43,697 bases of DNA from the IMG/VR virus record IMGVR_UViG_3300012943_000030, positions 1 through 43,697 of that record; one strand, 5' to 3'. A model generated the notes under the pieces. That model was not told the DNA's origin, made no database searches, and was given only the letters and a program-made list of their open reading frames with translations. The position numbers and the translations under genes were made by a program. Source of the stretch: a virus. Its lineage: Duplodnaviria > Heunggongvirae > Uroviricota > Caudoviricetes. Of the stretch, positions 1-6,432 are shown one piece after another. How positions within the stretch are numbered: the first letter of the stretch is position 1; the number at the start of each line of letters is the position of its first letter.

Positions 1-240
1 TCTTCAAGACATGACGCAATAGCCAGTTAAGCAGCGTCAACCCCGCCCTCCGTAATAGAGGGTTCCTACGATACGTGGTATACAAGAGGGAACTGGCCTA
101 CGAGCGTCTCACGACGCTCGACTTATTCAAGAAATTGGCGGCTATGCGCGCCGAGGGCCCTTGTTGGCCACCTTCACATCGCCAGTGAGCTACACGGGAT
201 GGTCTCCGTGTTGACGACGATGCGAAGCTACGGACCATTT

Positions 241-316
241 GGGGAATGGGCAGGGTTACCCGCGTTACACTTGCAATGTGACAGGCAGATCGGTTCGAGT
301 CCGATATTCTCCACCA
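241..316 (+). tRNA. tRNA-Ala(UGC), atypical D-arm
   Basis: Acceptor GGGGAAT/ATTCTCC with G3:U70, A73 and CCA; anticodon loop CT-TGC-AA; T-arm ATCGG-TTCGAGT-CCGAT; lacks U8 and a canonical D-stem. Confidence 0.75.
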
Positions 317-436
317 CTTTCGGATACGTCAGGAACGGCAGATGTACAGGGGTCCAGGTAGCGTCTCCAAAACCTGAGCGAACGACGCACTGACGTACGA
401 ATTCATGAGAGGTGAAAGCTCACCTCTACAAAGTTT

Positions 437-562
437 TGACAACCGTTGATGTTGGTTATCTGGTTAACTTAGTGGCCGTAAAACGCCTACTCAAGTAAAT
501 CCTAAACGGTTCAAACCCGTTGGGTCGTCGCAAGACGTTTTCCGACTTCGCTTTTGTTGTCA
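437..562 (+). ncRNA. tRNA-mimic ncRNA E1 (permuted, YrlA-like architecture)
   Basis: Closing stem TGACAAC(437-443)/GTTGTCA(556-562); motif CAACCGTTGATGTTGGTTATC; T-arm AACGG-TTCAAAC-CCGTT (505-521) followed by a GCAA-capped stem; homologous to 3929-4043. Confidence 0.6.
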
Positions 563-573
563 TCTTCATTCAT

Positions 574-653
574 GTGACCTTGAGATTGTGGGTTCGATTC
601 CCATGCTTGCGTACAGCAGGCGAGTTGCATAGGATTACAACGCAAGCTCTCAC
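574..653 (+). ncRNA. Circularly permuted tRNA-like RNA E4
   Basis: Order: CTTG, 5-nt linker, T-arm GTGGG-TTCGATT-CCCAT, loop-closed acceptor-like stem GCTTGC/GCAGGC, GA, D-like arm GTTG/CAAC, G, CAAG; no CCA end. Confidence 0.6.
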
Positions 654-656
654 TTT

Positions 657-752
657 GCTCGTTAGCTTGGGTAAGCGGCTGGGCCTTATAGACCCGGGAA
701 ACCTGCCAGATTAGCGGGAACGTGACGGGTTCGAGTCCCTCAGCGAGCACCA
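657..752 (+). tRNA. Atypical tRNA, probable Ile(UAU), with long extra arm
   Basis: Acceptor GCTCGTT/AGCGAGC-A-CCA; T-loop TTCGAGT; mini D-arm GCTT-GGGT-AAGC; stem CTGGG/CCCGG around CT-TAT-AG; extra arm CCTGC-CAGATTA-GCGGG. Confidence 0.5.
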
Positions 753-761
753 ATTTTATTT

Positions 762-835
762 CTCTGCGAAGCGTTACGGTAGCGTACTAGGTCTGGACCC
801 TAGAGGCGGCAGTTCGACTCTGCCCGCGGAGACCA
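762..835 (+). tRNA. tRNA-Pro(UGG), variant loop (C33, A37)
   Basis: C1-G72 acceptor CTCTGCG/CGCGGAG-A-CCA; CTAGG-TCTGGAC-CCTAG; T-arm GGCAG-TTCGACT-CTGCC. Confidence 0.8.
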
Positions 836-841
836 ATTTTC

Positions 842-917
842 GCCGGCATAGCTCAGTTGGTAGAGCGCCTGTCTTGTAAGCAGGAGGCCCGGGGTTCGAT
901 CCCTCGTACCGGCACCA
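842..917 (+). tRNA. tRNA-Thr(UGU)
   Basis: Canonical cloverleaf, loop CT-TGT-AA, CCA encoded. Confidence 0.95.
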
Positions 918-924
918 GTTTAAT

Positions 925-1053
925 GCAGAAGTAGCCGAGTGGTCAGGCAGCGGTCTCAAACATCGTTTGTGATCCTTTGTTGCGCAAGCAACCGTCCATA
1001 AATGGTTATCCCAAACCGCCATACGTAGGTTCGAATCCTACCTCTCTGCACCA
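925..1053 (+). tRNA. tRNA with a 53-nt structured insertion in the anticodon loop (identity uncertain; CAA if the junction is 37/38)
   Basis: GCAGAAG acceptor, D-arm GCC/GGC, anticodon stem GCGGT(950-954)/ACCGC(1015-1019) enclosing 60 nt instead of 7, T-arm GTAGG-TTCGAAT-CCTAC, A-CCA end; removing 53 nt leaves 76 nt. Confidence 0.7.
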
Positions 1054-1057
1054 ATTT

Positions 1058-1132
1058 GGGACAGTAGCTCAGTGGTAGAGCAACGTGCTGATAACGCGTA
1101 GGTCGAAGGTCCGATTCCTTCTTGTCCCACCA
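1058..1132 (+). tRNA. tRNA-Ile(GAU)
   Basis: Cloverleaf, loop CT-GAT-AA, T-loop TCCGATT, CCA. Confidence 0.93.
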
Positions 1133-1304
1133 AATTCGACTGCCATGGTGCATTTGCATCGCCATGGATACGCCCTGCGGGTTGCAAACTGCGCGGCCGA
1201 CAGTCGATGTATTAGCGGTAGAACGGTGAAAGCCGTTTCGTCGATGGTCTCGTTGCGCCATCGCCGCGAAAGCAACGCGAGCGGCTCGAACCGCTCCAAG
1301 TTTT

Positions 1305-1389
1305 GCCCCTGTGATGGAATTGGTAGTCATGCGAGTTTCAAAAACTCGTGCCGCAAGGCGTGTCGGTTCGATCCCGACTGGGGGCACCA
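1305..1389 (+). tRNA. tRNA-Leu(CAA)
   Basis: Type II cloverleaf, CGAGT-TTCAAAA-ACTCG, long variable arm, CCA. Confidence 0.93.
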
Positions 1390-1539
1390 AGTTTGATGTG
1401 GCTTTCAGATCGCGGCTTAGCGGCCGAGGCCCGTGGGAAGGTGGATGGCTCTTCGACTTTCCCTATGCGAAAACAAAGGCGTTGGCACCACAGAGTAAGA
1501 GAGCCTGAGGGTGTCCCTGTTCGTCACATCATTTTATTT

Positions 1540-1628
1540 GGGCCTATGGACAAATTGGTAAAGTTGCCGCGCTCAGAACGCGGAGCCGCGCAAGCGTATT
1601 CTGGGTTCGAATCCCAGTAGGCCCACCA
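1540..1628 (+). tRNA. tRNA-Leu(CAG)
   Basis: CCGCG-CTCAGAA-CGCGG, long variable arm, CCA. Confidence 0.93.
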
Positions 1629-1701
1629 ATTTCATAAATAGTCGATAGCATCTCAGTTGATCCAATCAAATACGTCAGTATTTCAACTGGAGTATCGCTA
1701 C

Positions 1702-1920
1702 ATGTACATTCCACTTTCATTTGGCATTTCGCTTATTGTTGCCATTACCATGCTTCTGCTTGGTCATCTGTTCGCCATCTACAAGCTCTTTGATCGTTCG
1801 CTCCGTCACACTGAAAAGTGCGGCTGCTGCGGTAAGAAGGATGAAGAAGCTGCTGAACCAGAAAGCACCAGCGTTGTTGACAAGGTAGTCGACGCAACCA
1901 TTGAAAAGTTCATCGGCTAA
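1702..1920 (+). CDS. Small membrane protein, hypothetical (72 aa)
   Basis: GGAG RBS at 1689; N-terminal hydrophobic helix; late-type ATAAATA at 1634. Confidence 0.75.
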   Translation: MYIPLSFGISLIVAITMLLLGHLFAIYKLFDRSLRHTEKCGCCGKKDEEAAEPESTSVVDKVVDATIEKFIG

Positions 1921-1926
1921 GAATTT

Positions 1927-2012
1927 GCGGCTGTGATGGAACCTGGTAGTCTTGCAAGGTCGAGAGCCTTGTGCCTTCGGGCGTGTGGGTTCGAGTCCCA
2001 CCAGCCGCACCA
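1927..2012 (+). tRNA. tRNA-Leu(GAG), variant loop (C33, A37)
   Basis: GCGGCTG/CAGCCGC-A-CCA; CAAGG-TCGAGAG-CCTTG; long variable arm. Confidence 0.88.
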
Positions 2013-2027
2013 AACCTAAATACTCTC

Positions 2028-2492
2028 ATGAAGAGAGCGCTCGGATTAGCTGCGTCGATCCTGCTGCACCTTATCTTTTTGGTGCTCCTGATCTTTCGCC
2101 CGATCCTTGACGGTGCTGACAAGAAGTTCCCTCCGTTGCCAGATGATAACGTCATCCGTATTACCGACTTTGGCGATGCCCAGAAGCCGCTCACTGGCGA
2201 TGGCACCGGTGAGAAGGTAGATCCAAATGAACTGTGTCCAGACGGCACTAAGAAGTACAACGGCGTCGGCTTCATCTATACCAGAGAGACTGGCATCATC
2301 TCCAGCGTTCCACACAACCTCCCTGCCTACAGGGCTGGTATTCGAGAGTGGGATATCTTCATGAACCCGAGCTATGGCGATCTGCCAGCAGGGCCAGCAA
2401 TAATTCACATCAATCGATACGGTGTCATGTTGACCTTCACGGTCATGACGCAGAAGCTCTGCTCAGACACTGAAAAGACTGCCGGAATGTAG
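2028..2492 (+). CDS. Membrane-anchored PDZ-like domain protein
   Basis: N-terminal TM (SILLHLIFLVLLIF); YNGVGF...VPHNLPAYRAGIREWD resembles the PDZ GxG...SPA.xAGL..GD pattern; ATG 6 nt after CTAAATA. Confidence 0.6.
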   Translation: MKRALGLAASILLHLIFLVLLIFRPILDGADKKFPPLPDDNVIRITDFGDAQKPLTGDGTGEKVDPNELCPDGTKKYNGVGFIYTRETGIISSVPHNLPAYRAGIREWDIFMNPSYGDLPAGPAIIHINRYGVMLTFTVMTQKLCSDTEKTAGM

Positions 2493-2560
2493 CTCAGCTT
2501 GGCTAGAGCACTTCGTTCGGGGCGAAGGGGCCGTGGGTTCAAATCCCACCATTCCGACCA
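2483..2560 (+). tRNA. tRNA-Pro(CGG)
   Basis: CGGAATG/CATTCCG-A-CCA; loop TT-CGG-GG. Confidence 0.95.
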
Positions 2561-2588
2561 ACCCGCCTCCATAAATAGAAGGTTAGTT

Positions 2589-3248
2589 ATGGAGACAGAA
2601 ATGCTCGTTAGACAGCTCATTGAAGGCGACGTCATCAAGGGAAACTTCGGCAAAGGCCATGAGGTTAACCCTTCTGTTACCGTCCCAAAGGGCTACAAGA
2701 GCTTTTTCACAAAGCCTGTTGGCGCAACAGCACACGGCATCTTCGGCGTAAAGGACGATGGCTCTGAGCACCGCATCAGCACGACCAACAGCGAGAAGCT
2801 AGCACAGATGCTCACTAAGGAGTACAATGCTGGTGGCAAGGCTGGAACTGGACTGCGCAGCATGCCGCTGATCAGGCTGCTTGGCTCTGAAGAGATCAAC
2901 CATCTTCATGATGCCGGCATTCACTTCCTTGAGAAGCCAGGCGTGTGGGCCGATCTTGAGCGCGATGGTAAGTATCGCCCGCTGACTGATCTTGAACTGA
3001 AGCATGCGAAAAAAGCTCTCGAGAAACATGGGTTCAAGCTGCAAACATACACTGAGCACGACCTTTGGGACACCAAGCCAAAAGGACCGCTCTCGACCGT
3101 TAGAGACATGCCAATGGAAGAGTGCTTCATCGTTGAGCTCTCCAACGGCAACCGCTATCTCGTTGATCGCACCGGCGCCAACTCGTACATTCGCATGTGG
3201 CGAAAGATTGGTGGACCAGTCATTGACGACAGCAAACTGGATTGGTAA
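2589..3248 (+). CDS. Hypothetical late protein
   Basis: Long ORF after ATAAATA (2571); start chosen at the ATG after tRNA-Pro. Confidence 0.8.
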   Translation: METEMLVRQLIEGDVIKGNFGKGHEVNPSVTVPKGYKSFFTKPVGATAHGIFGVKDDGSEHRISTTNSEKLAQMLTKEYNAGGKAGTGLRSMPLIRLLGSEEINHLHDAGIHFLEKPGVWADLERDGKYRPLTDLELKHAKKALEKHGFKLQTYTEHDLWDTKPKGPLSTVRDMPMEECFIVELSNGNRYLVDRTGANSYIRMWRKIGGPVIDDSKLDW

Positions 3249-3258
3249 GGAGCTACGC

Positions 3259-3873
3259 ATGAAGGTTTCAGAGCTGTTCGAGGGAAAGCGCCAGAAGGGC
3301 ATTAACTACACAGAGGTTAAGGCCAAAAAGAAAGGTGCTGAACAAGTTGTCGAGAAGGTTATCGCCGAACTCAAGGGTAAGGACTCGGGAGCTTGGACGC
3401 GCCTCACAAAGCAGTACATTGATCTCGATGACAAGCTCAAGGACCTCACTATTGACCGCAACAAGCTCAACGATGAGATCAAGGCGGAAGCCGCAGACAT
3501 TTTTGACGCAGCCGACGACGTGCTTACTCGCGTTATCGAGACTGCCCAGCTTACGCTGACCCTCTCGAAGAAGACGAAGAAGCCAGAGACGACTGAAGTC
3601 GACCATGAAAAGGTCGTTGCCGGTCTGCTTGCCTCAAAGCTCACTCCAGCCATCTCAAAGATGCTTGATGAGCTCATCAAGGCTAACTCGAAAATTATTG
3701 AAGCTTCCGAAGTTCCTGAAAAGCTGACTGTCAAGCGTAACAAGGTTGACGAAGGCTTCTCATTCGGCTCTCTCAAGACGTGGCTAGCCAACATAGTTGG
3801 TAAGCTGAGGTCCCTGATCAAGGACTATGATGAAAAGTTTGATGCTGTGAAGGCCCAAGTGGCCGCTCTTTGA
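3259..3873 (+). CDS. Hypothetical coiled-coil late protein (MKVSELFE...)
   Basis: AAGGAG RBS directly after the upstream stop; 204 aa. Confidence 0.85.
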   Translation: MKVSELFEGKRQKGINYTEVKAKKKGAEQVVEKVIAELKGKDSGAWTRLTKQYIDLDDKLKDLTIDRNKLNDEIKAEAADIFDAADDVLTRVIETAQLTLTLSKKTKKPETTEVDHEKVVAGLLASKLTPAISKMLDELIKANSKIIEASEVPEKLTVKRNKVDEGFSFGSLKTWLANIVGKLRSLIKDYDEKFDAVKAQVAAL

Positions 3874-3874
3874 G

Positions 3875-3903
3875 TTTACTTTCGTTGATTGGTTTGATAG
3901 AAT
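3875..3903 (+). promoter_or_regulatory. Sigma70-like (early-type) promoter driving ncRNA E2
   Basis: TTTACT-N17-TAGAAT. Confidence 0.65.
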
Positions 3904-3912
3904 ACATACATT

Positions 3913-4059
3913 GAGTTCGCTCAGTAAAAGCACAACCGTTGGATATTGGTTATCTTTTATCTGAAACAAAAACCTAGACCGTTCGATTCGGTCGTGTGCA
4001 GGTGGGCCAGGTGCACAATCTCCGATTCCGTTTTTGTTGTACTTTTAGTGAGCGAACTC
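3913..4059 (+). ncRNA. tRNA-mimic ncRNA E2 (permuted, YrlA-like architecture)
   Basis: Perfect 11-bp outer stem GAGTTCGCTCA/TGAGCGAACTC; motif CAACCGTTGGATATTGGTTATC; T-arm GACCG-TTCGATT-CGGTC (3977-3993); stem GTGCA/TGCAC; 3' CCGATTCCGTTTTTGTTGT shared with E1. Confidence 0.65.
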
Positions 4060-4303
4060 TGTCCTTACCCTAGCGGTTAGGATGCTATTTCAAAATTTGT
4101 GTGCACGAAAACGTAGCTCCTACGCAATGAGTAATTCGTACGGACCGTCCCAAAATCTCGGGACTGAAGGGAGCAAGTATACCTGAATGCCGTGATGGTA
4201 TAGAATTTTACTTGAAGTACTTTGCCTTGCTGTGATGATCGTTGCTATGTAACCGTCTGCAATAATGCGGTCAACTTCACAACGTAGCGGCAAGATCGAA
4301 TTT

Positions 4304-4393
4304 GGAGGAATGGCTGAGCGGTTTAAGGCGCTAGTCTTGAAAACTAGAGAGGTTTCACGACCTCCGTGGGTTCGAATCCTACTTCCTCCGCCA
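4304..4393 (+). tRNA. tRNA-Ser(UGA)
   Basis: Type II cloverleaf, CT-TGA-AA, G73-CCA. Confidence 0.95.
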
Positions 4394-4399
4394 AATTAA

Positions 4400-4975
4400 C
4401 GCACGAGCAGAAGCGTTCAATAAGTCTCTGCCAGTTTGCAAGTTTATCCGCGGAGATGTGCTACGGCTGCTCCTAAAACTTCGCCGGGCCCGTCAAGCCT
4501 AGTAAACAAACTCGACTTGGGCGTGGTCATTCCCGCCCCGAAAATTTAGAGCTGTTGAATTTCAGCAGCTCACCATATTTCTAGTCATGAGGTGCCGATG
4601 CGCACCGCTTGAATGACCAGAACCTCTCGCGCTCAACTCCTTGTCTGACGCGCGGATGAGTAATGACAAGGGCCCAACTCCATCGGGCATTGGAACCACC
4701 TTCGCGCCTAGCGCACCGTTGGTAAGCGTGGTAAAAGATGGAGAGACCAACACGACTTTGTGTGGGAGCGTAAGCTCACCGAACACTCACCGCGTCGCCG
4801 ATGCTAGCGTATGGCGAATAAAAGTTCTGATTACCATGCTTGAATAATTTCAAGGCCGAAAGGTCCCATTCGCGGAGCATGGAATAGGTTGGTGCGGAAT
4901 CACTGCCAACACACAGACATGGCGCTTACGACGTGCAGTAGACCATACGTCGAAAATCGCGTAAGTTGCCACCGA
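4400..4975 (+). ncRNA. Large ornate structured RNA candidate (GOLLD-like context)
   Basis: About 570 nt between tRNAs with no credible CDS and many helices: 4549-4554/4566-4571, 4639-4645/4665-4671, 4834-4840/4876-4882, 4925-4930/4960-4965, plus a GAAA tetraloop. Confidence 0.5.
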
Positions 4976-4979
4976 ATTT

Positions 4980-5055
<76 letters not shown>

Positions 5056-5074
5056 AATTTGTCCTGAGAGAACT

Positions 5075-5221
5075 ATGAAACTCAACATTGTTGAAATAGA
5101 CGGCGTCAAGTACCACCACTTTCGCCATCGTTGCTTTGGCCCAGACCTAAAGAGAAAGACCTTTCACTATGTGCGAAGGATCAATGGTGCCTCTCTTGGG
5201 CCAGCGCTAAAATGGAAATAG
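5075..5221 (+). CDS. Small basic hypothetical protein (48 aa, below the ORF-track cutoff)
   Basis: GAGAG RBS; MKLNIVEIDGVKYHHFRHRCFG...WK*. Confidence 0.55.
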   Translation: MKLNIVEIDGVKYHHFRHRCFGPDLKRKTFHYVRRINGASLGPALKWK

Positions 5222-5340
5222 CAAACCGGGATTGACGGTTATCCACAGATAAGTAGGTTCGAATCCTATCTAGTACGGTACGGCCGCTAGAGGCAACGCT
5301 GGTAAGTTGCAACTCGTTGGTCATTTTTGTTTGCCCTATT
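5217..5340 (+). ncRNA. tRNA-mimic ncRNA E3 (T-arm, acceptor-like stem, D-arm; YrlA-like)
   Basis: Closing stem AATAGCAAAC/GTTTG(CC)CTATT; motif AACCG-N7-CGGTTATC; T-arm GTAGG-TTCGAAT-CCTAT; CTAG/CTAG stem; D-like arm GCAAC-GCTGGTAA-GTTGC; TTTTTGTTTG. Confidence 0.65.
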
Positions 5341-5343
5341 CAT

Positions 5344-5419
5344 GGGCCTGTAGCTCAGCTGGGAGAGCGCCTGCTTTGCAAGCAGGATGTCGCAGGTTCG
5401 ATCCCTGTCAGGTCCACCA
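5344..5419 (+). tRNA. tRNA-Ala(UGC)
   Basis: Canonical, G3:U70, TT-TGC-AA, CCA. Confidence 0.95.
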
Positions 5420-5440
5420 ATTCCCACGTAAATACGACAT

Positions 5441-5517
5441 CGGAGTGTAGCTCAGCCTGGTAGAGCGCCTGCTTTGGGAGCAGGATGTCGCAGGTTCAAA
5501 TCCTGTCTCTCCGACCA
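5441..5517 (+). tRNA. tRNA-Pro(UGG)
   Basis: Canonical, TT-TGG-GA, CCA; GTAAATA 7 nt upstream. Confidence 0.95.
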
Positions 5518-5648
5518 ATTACGCTCACGTACCAAGTTGTACGAGGAGTACCTGGAGCCGTTATGCGGTTCCTGCCGTTTGCGCACCTACCATGTTGTAG
5601 AATGCGTTATGAGGGCGTCGCAAGGCGCCTTCAGCCTCACGAGACATC

Positions 5649-6338
5649 ATGAAGCCAATCGCGATCTATTCTCTTCCGAGAACATACAGCACGGTCATCT
5701 TGAGCGCGAGCCTTCGCCCTAACAAGATGAATGAGCCTCTCGCAGAGTGGAATATGTACGGCACCGACATGCCGACAATCCTCAATGCCTTCACGCTGTA
5801 TCCGCTCTATGCTGTTACACGCTATGGAGAATACTGGGAAAATCTGCAGGTGCAGCTTAATGCGCCAACGACCTCGCTAAAAACCTTCGGCCGCCACATC
5901 AGAAATTTCTGGCCAGCACGTGAGTGGTGGTCAAATCTCCAGCGAAACGACACCCACGACACGTTCGTCCTCTATCGTGATCTTCGCGAGATAATCACGT
6001 CTCATCTCGTCAGCACCCAGTTCGGGTTCAATAAGCACCTTGAAACAGAACTTCGCTACACTACACTTGACAGAAATCATATCAAGTGGGTGGTAGATGA
6101 GCTCGATGCGTTCATCACCTACTTCCCGGAGAATGCGACACTTATTTCTTTGGAAACGCTGCCAGCATCTCACTTCGATCTGAAGCAAAATCCATTGAAT
6201 GTCGAGAAGCAGAATTCTCTTGACAAGGTAAAGTACATCAAGAACATGGATTGGGTCAATGAGAACATTGACGCGATCATCAAGTTTTTTGAGCCTGGCT
6301 GGAACGCCAAGCTTAGGTCCTGCAAGCAGGGCGGTTGA
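5649..6338 (+). CDS. Sulfotransferase-fold-like protein (paralog 1)
   Basis: IAIYSLPRTYST resembles the 5'-PAPS loop and VLYRDLREIITS the 3'-phosphate motif. Confidence 0.5.
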   Translation: MKPIAIYSLPRTYSTVILSASLRPNKMNEPLAEWNMYGTDMPTILNAFTLYPLYAVTRYGEYWENLQVQLNAPTTSLKTFGRHIRNFWPAREWWSNLQRNDTHDTFVLYRDLREIITSHLVSTQFGFNKHLETELRYTTLDRNHIKWVVDELDAFITYFPENATLISLETLPASHFDLKQNPLNVEKQNSLDKVKYIKNMDWVNENIDAIIKFFEPGWNAKLRSCKQGG

Positions 6339-6353
6339 TAAATAAAACACCAT

Positions 6354-6427
6354 GCGGGTGTGATGTAATGGTAGCCTGAAACCTTGCCAAGGTTTACGCG
6401 GGGGTTCGATTCCCCCTACCCGCTCCA
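6354..6427 (+). tRNA. tRNA-Gly(GCC)
   Basis: GCGGGTG acceptor, TT-GCC-AA, U73-CCA; ATAAATA at 6338. Confidence 0.95.
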
Positions 6428-6432
6428 ATTCT

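Noticed and set aside
241-316. tmRNA tRNA-like domain (G3:U70, odd D region)
   Set aside because: It has a normal 7-nt anticodon arm in 76 nt and no tag ORF or pseudoknots; no tmRNA was identified in the window.
346-380. tRNA-Trp remnant (GTCTCCAAAACC)
   Set aside because: Only an anticodon-like stretch is present, with no T-arm or acceptor stem.
438-533. Conventional tRNA (GACAACC/GGTCGTC acceptor, Tyr- or ochre-like)
   Set aside because: No valid D-arm, anticodon loop or CCA; the pairing 437-443/556-562 and homology to 3929-4043 explain it better as ncRNA E1.
961-1013. Group I/II intron or archaeal BHB intron in the tRNA
   Set aside because: 53 nt is too short for a self-splicing core and no bulge-helix-bulge forms at the junctions; kept as an insertion of unknown fate.
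5239-5247. Perfect DnaA box TTATCCACA
   Set aside because: It is a single copy, overlaps the GGTTATC motif of ncRNA E3, and has no AT-rich origin context.
5520-5640. Possible ncRNA (CGTAC/GTACG and GCGTC-GCAA-GGCGC hairpins)
   Set aside because: Only two short hairpins, which could be a processing signal or 5' UTR; not enough support to call a feature.
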